Shown here one piece after another: positions 12,301 to 20,997 of a DNA stretch of 64,000 bases. Position numbers and translations under genes: made by a program. A model generated the notes under the pieces. It was not told the origin of the DNA. It made no database searches and worked only from the letters and a program-made list of their open reading frames with translations. The DNA is from a virus. Taxonomy: Duplodnaviria > Heunggongvirae > Uroviricota > Caudoviricetes. Numbering within the stretch: position 1 is the first letter of the stretch; every line of letters begins with the position of its first letter. Location: IMG/VR virus record IMGVR_UViG_3300048591_000212; one strand, 5' to 3'.

Positions 12301-13391
12301 TCCAATTCGTCAGACACCGTTCCGTCATTCCAGACCAGATTCAATTTTAGTGGAGTCTTAGCGAGAGTCCTCAGCCAAACCGAAAACGAATATCTCTTAT
12401 CTTCAAGAAATTCTACTTCCTGTCGAATTAATCTGTCTGAACCAGAAGAGTTGACAATACGATTTGCCGTAAAGGTTCCGTCTGGGGCCAAAGCAAAATT
12501 GGCGGCAACAGTTGCATTTGACTTCACCCATGCCGCATTTGAAAAATCTTCAGACCAAATAAGAAAATTCTGGTCAAAAAGATTCTCATTGTTCCCAGAC
12601 TGAATACCAGAAGACGAGCCATAAAGAATATTGTAGGCCGGAATATTCTGGTCGGTATAGATTTTATTGGAGACCGACTCTTCAATATCGGGCCACCGAA
12701 GAGAAAATTCAATTTCTGATGAATTGTACAGTCTTCTGTTCAATTCAATTACAATATTCAGAATTGATTCAATGGTAGAGATAATGGCACGAGTTCTTTC
12801 GGTGTCCTCAATCTCGGCCTTGAATTTTCCGAACATCTTCATGCCAGCCGGATGAAGAATCTTGGAGACAATATCCCGATATTCGGAGATCACCTTTTCG
12901 GAAATGATCTCATAGGAAAATTGTTGCCAGTAATTCGAGTCATGAATCTTGTAGTCTTCTGAAACCTTTCCCTTGACCGAATCCGAAAGAGTCAGAACCT
13001 TGGTGTGAGGAATAAAAAATTCGATGTCCTCATTATAGAGAATTTTGAAGAGAAACTTATAGGAGGCATTGTTTCCCTTATTCAGAAAAAAGTCTCTGGA
13101 GTGCTTGATGAACAGTTTCTTGTTTCCTAGAATATTCTGGGGAATTCCATGCAGAAACTTGGAGAAGAAATACTTTCGAAAATCCGAGAAGTTATCATTC
13201 GAAAAAACCTCGTCCACATCGAAACCAGATTCAATATTCTTGATGAAGTATTCGGTGCCTTTGGTTTCTTCCATCCATTCATAGTAGGTCTGCATGAACA
13301 GAATGAAAAGAGATTCCCCGGAGTCCTGAGCATAGAGTTCTTGAACAAAGGCCGGAATCTGTTCTGGAATTAGAATTGAGGTTTTCTTCAT
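9312..13391 (-). CDS. large structural protein (1359 aa) with three repeated carbohydrate-binding-module-like segments
   Basis: Repeated segments FSNAAWVKSNATV / ITKNSWVRTNVDV / FSVANWIKSNVTLT each followed by a jelly-roll-like block; occupies the position expected for a gp7-like protein or fibre. Confidence 0.7.
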   Translation of the reverse strand: MKKTSILIPEQIPAFVQELYAQDSGESLFILFMQTYYEWMEETKGTEYFIKNIESGFDVDEVFSNDNFSDFRKYFFSKFLHGIPQNILGNKKLFIKHSRDFFLNKGNNASYKFLFKILYNEDIEFFIPHTKVLTLSDSVKGKVSEDYKIHDSNYWQQFSYEIISEKVISEYRDIVSKILHPAGMKMFGKFKAEIEDTERTRAIISTIESILNIVIELNRRLYNSSEIEFSLRWPDIEESVSNKIYTDQNIPAYNILYGSSSGIQSGNNENLFDQNFLIWSEDFSNAAWVKSNATVAANFALAPDGTFTANRIVNSSGSDRLIRQEVEFLEDKRYSFSVWLRTLAKTPLKLNLVWNDGTVSDELEVIATAEWQRFSFEFMPENTATGNIYIHSHPDEESAEHSFLAWGAQLSREIMLPYVKTEAFSSGKTNLIIDSADITKNSWVRTNVDVEHTNEYDEVLENNSTAGSIYSILQRVNGITSTGNYVLSTYLQKQGSAQWVRLYVQYSNSGYFVCWFDLENGVKGTENGCAGTIEDAGNGFYRCTIESTAFVSSVSFTEIVPYIEIRSVGADNGTTKTGSAWVDGFRIYGTQFFRKSLHQRDVEYLRADSSVNYSTVVSKINLKPLGLSFPTDTLNGFNIHVFDGKENLLTNSELFSVANWIKSNVTLTDDDETSPTGTGNATKVVCNNSTSSQSITQALNWSAPESSDGGFYVGSVYVLAGSLTEVKLLLQHSGVSFIRYLFDLDTQTVTYDGGDISATWKDHGATIEDMGGGWLRCSVYGYGLLDSSVKEFVIVPSENGGQGVAGDGSKFFHIWGAQVSRSEKNIYTVTEYNPYISNRNYGGKILKFENNGIFLTVYVDGHFPNRFDNTMEYIISKSTKFENGVMRNSLSESSTNLDLNESDVIGKNLLVSSNGFYRNALNTSPFNFSLEMSSLESNTTLVSLNEPDPAGGNSANLISFDDASSYRYKRFTYVMPPIGDIIGIKHTVSVWLWSPNKTKIGIRLANGTTGEADDSFVTIDLTNKPTRYLLSRTFGNSSESIDFGLENRASILGGSALDTGDVYVWNLELLSGDEIENTTNLNSGWRKKNVTCSQSDNINSPYSISNEYSIYETVEDGEHYLEQGVPGFSAGRTYNFSGFMKSLGNPAVDFYVIHIGEGTNASLVRATISGTPQINNVIGPNLSGAQLTDVGDDWYRISFNYTPSEDVVDMRFRVALLLDSSTASYTGNTSRGIALWNLRVSEDSQINYSELEGKEIEIISGVGRGQTNVVSKFFGYDNFVPSSYQIYDDIRNLCIFENDWNVIPNHTSVYKVKRKDYSSFFDSAMFDVNDYIQDYYIDEDDIVARMKKIRTEIDTNLKY

Positions 13392-13471
13392 TAGAGATTA
13401 TTTATTTTCGCTGTCCAGTAAATGTTGTAGTTTATCTTTTCTAACATAATATGTGTTACCGTCCGGTCTTT

Positions 13472-14011
13472 CTACCATAGCTCCATTCGACCCAACACTA
13501 TATATGACACCTTTACCGTATTCATCATGAGTATATTCTTTCCCAATGAGAACATTTTATATTTTCGAAAATCGTCCTTGACTGCATCCGGTCTATACTT
13601 AGTCCAAAATTCATAGCCGTCATCAGAAAGAACGGAAGAGGGGTAAAGTTGTTGGCCTATATGTTTTTCGATGTGGTGATAGAGTTGGTATGCAACACCT
13701 TTTCCTCTATATTCTGGGTTTACAACAGACTTGAACATTGACGGTTTATCGTGTGCATGATTAATATCCGTTTTCATCCAAACCGCCGCACCAGCCACCC
13801 TTCCTTTGTAATATGCCTTAAATGGTTTTGGATCTTTTGGGTGTGGTCGTATACTTACTTTTATATGGTGTGGTTTCAGAATCAATTCTTCGTCCACACT
13901 AGATTCGAAAATGTCCTCTTCTTCAAAACCATATTCTTTCTTCAGTTTTTCGAGGTAATCTAAACCAGTTGGCTCTGAAGTGTTCTCTAATATATGTCTT
14001 AAATGGTTCAT
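13472..14011 (-). CDS. GNAT-family acetyltransferase-like protein with N-terminal MNHLRHILE peptide
   Basis: Motif-A-like YRGKGVAYQLY; N-terminus shared with the two upstream paralogs; start overlaps upstream stop (TAATG). Confidence 0.6.
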   Translation of the reverse strand: MNHLRHILENTSEPTGLDYLEKLKKEYGFEEEDIFESSVDEELILKPHHIKVSIRPHPKDPKPFKAYYKGRVAGAAVWMKTDINHAHDKPSMFKSVVNPEYRGKGVAYQLYHHIEKHIGQQLYPSSVLSDDGYEFWTKYRPDAVKDDFRKYKMFSLGKNILMMNTVKVSYIVLGRMELW

Positions 14012-15078
14012 TAATAGTAACTCCGAGAACTTCTATTTGTCGCCAACCATTCTATGTGCATTGCCTTTGGCGATGGATTTTTTATGTATTTGTAAACCTT
14101 ATAATCTTTGGAAACGGCAACAATTTGGGCTTTCTCTGTTGGATTCTCTATAAATCTAATGGCAGAAGGTTCATCATTAACTGCTTCCACTTGAACGTCA
14201 TTGCTCGGATTTTGAATATATTTAATCGAAAATCCGTTTCGTTTGACCGCTTCCAATTTCACTGCCTCTGTTGGATTTCTAATTAGACTAATCGACATTC
14301 CTTTTTTTATTGTTTCCATTTGTAGTTCTTCGGTGGGATTTGGAACAATATTTATTGCCATATACTTTTTGTTTTTCGGAATAAATGTAGAGAATATGTA
14401 ATCGAGGATATAAGGATGTGTGTCATTCAAAACATCAGGATCGATATCATTGTCCGCTTCATCCTTCAGGTCTGGTGGTGCCAATAGTCCAGTCACATAA
14501 GAAAGCTGATATTTTTCGCCAATACGATTCTTTCTTTTTGGAATAAAAATTACCAATTCATCAAACTCTTCTTCTCCTGCATATTCCACAAACTTATTGT
14601 CATTTCTGGCTGCGGTACACCATCGAGTTCCCTGTCCAAAGTAACAGGCAGAATCTTTATCCAGAATAGAAATAACTTTCATGTTTTCGTCATCCAGAAG
14701 AATCTTATATTTTCCTTTATTCGTTTCTTTTTTTTGTTCTGAAGTATCATAATCATTCAGAATTTTTTCGAGATCATCCAGAGTTCTAATTCTTCCGATA
14801 TCGGAGTGCTCTGGTTTCAATTTGTTTCTTTTCTTTAGGAGGATATATTTCTCTAAGAAAACTTTTCCTTTTGATACCAAATCTTCCACTTTAGTCCCGC
14901 GCTGGAATGATCTAACCATCCAAGACACATAACCCTTATTTTTCGATGGATCAATTTCTTCCATCTTGCTCCAGAGTTCATCCTTGGTGATATTTTCCTG
15001 TTCCAGTCTGGCATCCAATTCTGGACCAAATCCGGCCTTAGTTTTTGATTCTGATAATATATGTCTTAAATAGTTCAT
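14011..15078 (-). CDS. MNYLRHIL-family protein (355 aa); conserved Cys/Trp motif and C-terminal DUF4116-like tandem repeats
   Basis: Paralog of 16988..17977; motif ILDKDSACYFGQGTRWCTAARN; repeats IxNP(S/T)Exxq(l/v)xAV x5; ATGA overlap with gp6-like stop. Confidence 0.65.
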   Translation of the reverse strand: MNYLRHILSESKTKAGFGPELDARLEQENITKDELWSKMEEIDPSKNKGYVSWMVRSFQRGTKVEDLVSKGKVFLEKYILLKKRNKLKPEHSDIGRIRTLDDLEKILNDYDTSEQKKETNKGKYKILLDDENMKVISILDKDSACYFGQGTRWCTAARNDNKFVEYAGEEEFDELVIFIPKRKNRIGEKYQLSYVTGLLAPPDLKDEADNDIDPDVLNDTHPYILDYIFSTFIPKNKKYMAINIVPNPTEELQMETIKKGMSISLIRNPTEAVKLEAVKRNGFSIKYIQNPSNDVQVEAVNDEPSAIRFIENPTEKAQIVAVSKDYKVYKYIKNPSPKAMHIEWLATNRSSRSYY

Positions 15079-16907
15079 ATAATCTCGATCTGGGAGTCTA
15101 CTGAGATATCATCTTCGGAAATTGTCAGAATAGTATTCTGAAATGATCTTACATCAAACGTGGCTGGTTCTACCGTGATGACCAATTTGTCTCCAACATA
15201 CAGACTATTTATGTCGATGTTGTCGATATTTCCTCGTCCAGAATTATAGTTAATCATTCCCACTCCCGGCCTTAGAATTCTTTCTCCGGTTACGGTAGTA
15301 TTGTACAGATCAATATTTCCTTCACCGTCGTCTCTGAAGAATAGATTATAGTTATCTTCCTGCGGTAATGTTGAATCATTAATCGTGAATTTGTTGCTCA
15401 CTAGGGTTCCCGGCATAACCGAATTCACAAAATTGATCTCAATAAAGGTCGGATCAATAAAGGAAATATCGAATTCCTTTTCCAGCTTAATGCGAGTCAC
15501 GTTTGACAGAATAGCCGCATCAACCGAGTCAATCTCCTTGACCAGCTTCGAGAATCTCAGGACCGAATCGAACGAGTTTATGCTGTTCTCACAGAAGCCC
15601 AGAATAGCCGTCCGAACATTTGTTTTCAGAAAATTCGTGCTGTCATTTGTCAGATTTGAGTTATACTTAAATACCGTGTCAATTAGAACATTTACATAGG
15701 ACGGATCAACGAATTCTGGAATGATCGTAACCAGACTTCGGCTTTGAATAGCCGTTCGAATATTTGATTTCTCAAATTCCGTCAAAGTCAAATTACCCTT
15801 TGGCTTGATTGAGATGAAGACTTTTCCGTAGAATGGAGGATCATTATCCTGTCCCCCCCAGACCTTCATTGAATCAATATTCGGATAGACTGACTCCACC
15901 TGAAAAATAAAGTCGTCTTCGGTTACGGTTCGGTACTGAGAGGCATAGTGTCTCGGAGCCTTCAAACGAATCGACTCAATGGACTCAGCAGCCGAGCCAC
16001 CATCAATTCTCTCCAGAAGAGTAATTCCGGCATTGATTTGGGAATTGGTTAGCTGTAGGGAATCCAGACCTGATTCCGAAAAGGCGATATTCTGGGAACC
16101 ATTTACTTCATTTGTGTCTGTGACCAGATAATTAACGACCACGACATTTCCCGGTTCGGGAGCCTTACCAATAACATTGTCTCCGAAGTAGATTTCCATG
16201 AAGCCATTATTCTTTTCCTGAATAAAGAATACCGTGGAAGTCGATTCAATATCCACGAAGTTTAGGGCATTGGTGTACTTTGTAAAATTGTTGGCTGTTG
16301 GCGTGGCATAGACCAGAACCTCAATTGTGGCGGCATCAATATTCTGATTTTCAAGAATGAATCTGCGAGTTTCAAGAGTAGTTGAATTGATTGAAAATCT
16401 CTTTTGGACAAATGCTCCCTGAGTCAGAGTAATATTTGAAAAAGAGTAGGTAAAGGAATTTGAATCCGTAGGAACTCTGGTTGCGGTATAGTCCTGAATG
16501 GGATAAAACGAATAGCTGGTATTATCCACAATCGTCTCGAATCTGTCGGTTCTCTTTAGAAGAATCTGGTTTGGGGCAACCTGAGTATCCGGCACCGTGA
16601 GGGAAATATTGATATTGGCCTTGGCTCCGACAGCCGAGCGAGGAGTATAACCTAAAGATTTCGCATGAGAGATAACCGAATCCCTAAGAATAGCCGTGTC
16701 CACAAACATCTCATTTGCTACCATGTTCAGGTAGTAGGCATTGTATTGAGTATTGTAAGAAAGAAGATTAATTAGAACCGAAAGAGACGATCCCTCGAAA
16801 TTATAGTCAGAGAATTCTGAGCTATTGTTTCGAAGATAATTCTTGAAGTTTTCTTTTATCTGGGCGAAGTCCAGACCAGCAATTATTAGATTGGTATTTG
16901 TTGACAT
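15075..16907 (-). CDS. baseplate wedge protein, gp6-like (Baseplate_J family)
   Basis: N-terminus FAQIKENFKNYLRNNSSEFSDYNFEGSSLSVLINLLSYNTQYNAYYLN matches the conserved T4 gp6 N-terminal pattern; 610 aa. Confidence 0.8.
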   Translation of the reverse strand: MSTNTNLIIAGLDFAQIKENFKNYLRNNSSEFSDYNFEGSSLSVLINLLSYNTQYNAYYLNMVANEMFVDTAILRDSVISHAKSLGYTPRSAVGAKANINISLTVPDTQVAPNQILLKRTDRFETIVDNTSYSFYPIQDYTATRVPTDSNSFTYSFSNITLTQGAFVQKRFSINSTTLETRRFILENQNIDAATIEVLVYATPTANNFTKYTNALNFVDIESTSTVFFIQEKNNGFMEIYFGDNVIGKAPEPGNVVVVNYLVTDTNEVNGSQNIAFSESGLDSLQLTNSQINAGITLLERIDGGSAAESIESIRLKAPRHYASQYRTVTEDDFIFQVESVYPNIDSMKVWGGQDNDPPFYGKVFISIKPKGNLTLTEFEKSNIRTAIQSRSLVTIIPEFVDPSYVNVLIDTVFKYNSNLTNDSTNFLKTNVRTAILGFCENSINSFDSVLRFSKLVKEIDSVDAAILSNVTRIKLEKEFDISFIDPTFIEINFVNSVMPGTLVSNKFTINDSTLPQEDNYNLFFRDDGEGNIDLYNTTVTGERILRPGVGMINYNSGRGNIDNIDINSLYVGDKLVITVEPATFDVRSFQNTILTISEDDISVDSQIEII

Positions 16908-16914
16908 ACTTAGT

Positions 16915-16922
16915 TATTTATA
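16915..16922 (-). promoter_or_regulatory. T4-late-type promoter box TATAAATA 7 nt upstream of gp6-like ATG
   Basis: Minus strand TATAAATAactaagtATG; 80-nt intergenic region lacks an SD. Confidence 0.45.
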
Positions 16923-16987
16923 ATCATATCCAATCTGTTTCATGATTCCATAAAACTGTTCTGGAGTTTTCTGTTTTTTTGAGGACA

Positions 16988-17977
16988 TCATTTACCAGCC
17001 GCCTTTCCTTTTAATTCTCTTATTAGTTTCTTTACGTTTTCGGTTGGATTTTTGATTAACGAAAATGCATGAATGTTTTCTCGAACAGCAGCCAACTGTA
17101 ATTTTTCAGGTGGATTTATAATATCTGAAATTGCCATTCCATCCGTTTCAACGGCAATTAATTGTAATTTCTCTGATGGATTTTGAATATGCTTAAATGA
17201 TATAGGGCTTTCCCGAACAGCAGCTATTTGTTCATCCTCCGTCGCGTTACTATCAAACCCTATGAAATTAAGTCTTCCTCTTTCTGGAATTGTCGGAAGA
17301 ATATATCTTTCAATATATTTTCGTGCGAGTTCTGCATTAGTAGCTTTCTCGTCTTTTTCGTTATTAAACTGAATATCTTCATACCAATGAGAAAAATACA
17401 ACTGATACTTTTCTCCGGGGTATTTCGGTTTTTTTGGAATAAAAACAAAGAGTCTTCCTTCTTCGCTTGAATAGTAATCATACATATTATTGTTTTTAGC
17501 TGCTGTACACCATTGAGTTCCTCGACCGTAATAGCAAGCAGAATCTTTGTCCAGAATTTCAATTACTCTCATATTCGAATCATTAACTAATTCTATATAT
17601 TCTCCTTTGTTCGTGGGAACCGAAGATGGTCCTTCTGGATAATCCGTTCTTAGTATGGATTCCAGATCAGTTAACTTTTGAAAACGTCCAATATCAGAAT
17701 GTTCTGGTTTCAGTTTCTTCTTCAATTTCAATTGTTCAAATCGTTCAAGAGAATCCTTGCCTCTTGAAAGCAAGTCTTCAATCTTGGAGCCGAATTGAAA
17801 TGCCTTCACTAGCCAGTTAACATACTGTTTATTTTTGGTTGGATCGGCTTCTTCCATTTTTTTCCAAAGTTCGTCTTTCGAAATATTTTCTTGTTCTAGG
17901 CGGGCATCCATCTTGGAACCAAATCCGGCCTGAGATTTTGTTCTGTCGTATTCGAATAGGTGTCTTAAATAATTCAT
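16988..17977 (-). CDS. MNYLRHLFE-family protein (329 aa), paralog of 14011..15078
   Basis: Shared N-terminal 60-aa domain, motif ILDKDSACYYGRGTQWCTAAKN, C-terminal IxNPxE repeats; ATGA overlap with gp25-like stop. Confidence 0.65.
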   Translation of the reverse strand: MNYLRHLFEYDRTKSQAGFGSKMDARLEQENISKDELWKKMEEADPTKNKQYVNWLVKAFQFGSKIEDLLSRGKDSLERFEQLKLKKKLKPEHSDIGRFQKLTDLESILRTDYPEGPSSVPTNKGEYIELVNDSNMRVIEILDKDSACYYGRGTQWCTAAKNNNMYDYYSSEEGRLFVFIPKKPKYPGEKYQLYFSHWYEDIQFNNEKDEKATNAELARKYIERYILPTIPERGRLNFIGFDSNATEDEQIAAVRESPISFKHIQNPSEKLQLIAVETDGMAISDIINPPEKLQLAAVRENIHAFSLIKNPTENVKKLIRELKGKAAGK

Positions 17978-18387
17978 CTCACTCTCTCTAAAATAAGATT
18001 AAAGGAAACCAACTGATCTGGAATATTCTCAAAGTAATACACAATCTTAATATCATAGGCATTGGTATTCGGAATTGTTACTTCGACATCAATCACGCTC
18101 ACTCTGGGTTCGAAGTTCTCGATTGTCTCGATGATATAATTTTTCAGAAGAACCCGGTTATATGGAGTATCATTTTCAAAGAGAAAGTTTCGAACATTCG
18201 AGCCAATTGACGGCTGAAATGGCACATCAAAAAAATTCATCAGGACCAGATTCTTGATGGCCTTCTTAATGGCCTCCTGATTGGTCTTTTTGAAGATGTC
18301 TCCGGTTACTGGGTTTTTAGTAAATCCCAAATCAAAGTCCTTATAGACTACCGGAGTTGTTGGAGTTTTTTCTTTTTTTAGGGACAT
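17974..18387 (-). CDS. baseplate wedge protein, gp25-like (GPW_gp25 lysozyme-like fold)
   Basis: 137 aa; conserved pattern ...RNFLFEN...ENFEPRVSVIDVEV... parallels T4 gp25 (LFEN, EPRI motifs). Confidence 0.75.
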   Translation of the reverse strand: MSLKKEKTPTTPVVYKDFDLGFTKNPVTGDIFKKTNQEAIKKAIKNLVLMNFFDVPFQPSIGSNVRNFLFENDTPYNRVLLKNYIIETIENFEPRVSVIDVEVTIPNTNAYDIKIVYYFENIPDQLVSFNLILERVR

Positions 18388-18390
18388 TTG

Positions 18391-19644
18391 TTATTTCAGT
18401 TCTTCCTTTACCGCCACATAAGGTCCATAGGGTCTTGGATATTGTCTGGATTTGGTGGAGTCATCAGGCTTATTTATCATAACTCCTTGCGGCTGAGGAG
18501 GTTTCGGAATTACCACACCAAGCCCGCCAGCAACCGAGGATCTTAGGGACATATCGATGCCGGGATTAGAAGTAACAGAAGTTCCTTTTAGGGCCACAAT
18601 CTTCGCGGCCCCCACTGTAGTATTATTTCCAGACTTGATTTCTACGTCCTCTTCTCCATAAAGTTTCAGCTTTCCCTTGGCAGAAATCTCCACATCCTTT
18701 CCAGCAGTCAGAGTACAATTTTCTCCAACAGAAATTGTGGCATTTCCCTTAATCTGAACATTACAATTATTATTGACGATGACATTAAATGGTCCATCAA
18801 TTGTTAGATTAAATCGATTCTGAACATATTCATACTTTTCTTCCAGAGTAATCTTGTACGAATTACCAACAATCTTTTCAACCTTTACTCCATCTGGATA
18901 AATTTCTGAGAATGTTCCTGAACGATGATACTGGTGAAGCCTCTCGACGCCGCGAGTATCATCTATCTCAAAAATATGGCCCGATTCCGATTCCAGAACA
19001 TGATTATAGGGATAGGAAGAATCATAAGGAGTTTCCGGCTCATCCCAGACATCTCCTTCGGCAGTCGGTACGGCAAATACTCTGGAACCCTTTTTAATCT
19101 GAACAATGGTGTCCTGAATTTTTTCATCATTTCGGGCCAGACGATTCGTGTCCGGTTCTCCAATAATATTTCCAAATGGATGATTCTGCCGAGGCCACAA
19201 TTCTCCTGTCTCTGGAGAAGGATCTTCTTCGGTTAAAATTGCTCCGGTGCCGTCTTCTCGGTATTCTTTCTTTTTCAATTTGCGAGGATTTCTGGATAAT
19301 TCTTTTCGAGGATCAAGAAAGCCCTCTCGAATATTCCGAGGAAAGGCATACTCGGAAGGAATTCCACCAATCGTTCCAAGAATCATTGGCTCCTGAGAAT
19401 CGACTCCATCCCTAAAAAAACCGACAACCCATGATCCTTCTACCGGACCCATTGGAGTCTGACCGATTCCATTTACCGAAGAACTCTGAACCGGAGAAAC
19501 AGGCCAAGCCCAAGGAAGTTCATCTGTTGGAATAAACCTTTTATTTTCGGTATGAGAACCAAGAACTCTTACCCGGCACCGACCCAACATTAAAGGATCA
19601 AGCCGACTTTCTACAACACCAATAAAGAATTTCCATTCAATCAT
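18391..19644 (-). CDS. baseplate central spike, gp5-like or VgrG-like (OB-fold N-domain, beta-helix C-terminus)
   Basis: N-terminus GRCRVRVLGSHTENKRFIPTDELPWAWP...GSWVVGFFRDGDSQEPMILGTIGG typical of gp5 or gp27-associated spike; C-terminal repetitive beta-helix segment. Confidence 0.75.
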   Translation of the reverse strand: MIEWKFFIGVVESRLDPLMLGRCRVRVLGSHTENKRFIPTDELPWAWPVSPVQSSSVNGIGQTPMGPVEGSWVVGFFRDGVDSQEPMILGTIGGIPSEYAFPRNIREGFLDPRKELSRNPRKLKKKEYREDGTGAILTEEDPSPETGELWPRQNHPFGNIIGEPDTNRLARNDEKIQDTIVQIKKGSRVFAVPTAEGDVWDEPETPYDSSYPYNHVLESESGHIFEIDDTRGVERLHQYHRSGTFSEIYPDGVKVEKIVGNSYKITLEEKYEYVQNRFNLTIDGPFNVIVNNNCNVQIKGNATISVGENCTLTAGKDVEISAKGKLKLYGEEDVEIKSGNNTTVGAAKIVALKGTSVTSNPGIDMSLRSSVAGGLGVVIPKPPQPQGVMINKPDDSTKSRQYPRPYGPYVAVKEELK

Positions 19645-19645
19645 A

Positions 19646-20992
19646 TTAGGAATAAATCTCCGATTCCATAAGTGGATTCACAAAAAGAGTGTCCTTGGAA
19701 AGTTCCAGAGTCATCGAATATACACCAAAATTCGGAGCCTCGGTTGTGATGATGTGCCGAACACAGGTAATCAAAAACTTACCTCTGTAGTATTTATCCA
19801 AATATTCATTAGAATTCACGTCTGCCGAATCCTTTGGAGAAGTAATCTCCAGATTAATCACGTCCCCGACACTAAGAGAAGGATCTGCCGGAATAGTCAC
19901 ATTGATTTTCACATTATTCAATTGCTGAATCTGGGATTTTCGGAAAGGAATAAATCTTGAGGAATCCTTGTCCTGAAAGGTTCCGTCATAAAGAGAATTA
20001 TTGTAGGTATAGACTGTCCTGTTTGATTCTGGTTTTTGTGTAAACTTCGTGGTCAGTTTTGATACCAGTCGCCCTTCATCAGAAAGATGTCTCAGTTTTG
20101 GATAGGTTTCGAGATAATTAAATGAAATCTCATCGGTTTTCTTATTCAAAATATCCCACTGAAGAATATGATTGGCATACATTCCAGTCTTGATGTTATC
20201 GATGATATTGAAGGTCTTCGAAAAGGAATAGGCATTAATTCTTTCGGCTGAGTCGTCGGCATTTGGAGTTCGGGCCAAATCAATGATATTTGCAATCGAA
20301 GTTTTTAGAGTCTTCACTGAAGGCTTTTCGTATAGTTTTTCCAATGGCACGAAATGGAATGTGGACTGAAGGGCCGAACGAAAATTGATCGTTTCAAAGA
20401 AAAGATAAGAAGCACCCAGATAATTTGGAGAAATGGACTTGGAGGCCAGCCAATTAATCGCGGCAAATGGATTTAGGTGAGGGATGATGATATTCTTTGG
20501 TCTGTCTGTCTCCTCAAAATTAATTCTCTTTCGAGTCTTGAGATCATTAAAAAGAATGTCTGCCGTGATTGCCGAATACTTCTTGTCTCGGTAGGATTTT
20601 GAAATTCTAGTAGTCTGGTCCTCAAAGAATTCTGGAGTCACTAGATTCAAGACAGTGGCCTGTTTCTTCGTGTTCACCAAAAATCGGTTACTGATGTTAT
20701 AGACATGAAAGACCAGCTTCAGAGTCTTTCGATTTTTCTTTTCCTGAATGGTAATATGAATTTCTTCATTTCCGATAATCGGGCCGACTGTGTGAAACTT
20801 ATCAATTGGTGTCGAGGCGATATTATGAATCTCATTCAGAATCAAAGTTCCGTGAATACAATTAAGAAAAATGTCCTCAACCAATTCAAATGATGAATAA
20901 TACTCCAGAAGATCAAGCCACTGAGGTTCTGATGTTCTTCGGTGCGACTTCAGCCTTAATTCCAAAATTTCTAGTCCTTGGGATATTGCCAT
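19646..20992 (-). CDS. baseplate hub-like structural protein (448 aa), hypothetical
   Basis: Immediately upstream of and coupled to the spike gene (position of a gp27-like hub); no motif recognised. Confidence 0.5.
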   Translation of the reverse strand: MAISQGLEILELRLKSHRRTSEPQWLDLLEYYSSFELVEDIFLNCIHGTLILNEIHNIASTPIDKFHTVGPIIGNEEIHITIQEKKNRKTLKLVFHVYNISNRFLVNTKKQATVLNLVTPEFFEDQTTRISKSYRDKKYSAITADILFNDLKTRKRINFEETDRPKNIIIPHLNPFAAINWLASKSISPNYLGASYLFFETINFRSALQSTFHFVPLEKLYEKPSVKTLKTSIANIIDLARTPNADDSAERINAYSFSKTFNIIDNIKTGMYANHILQWDILNKKTDEISFNYLETYPKLRHLSDEGRLVSKLTTKFTQKPESNRTVYTYNNSLYDGTFQDKDSSRFIPFRKSQIQQLNNVKINVTIPADPSLSVGDVINLEITSPKDSADVNSNEYLDKYYRGKFLITCVRHIITTEAPNFGVYSMTLELSKDTLFVNPLMESEIYS

Positions 20993-20997
20993 CTTTT

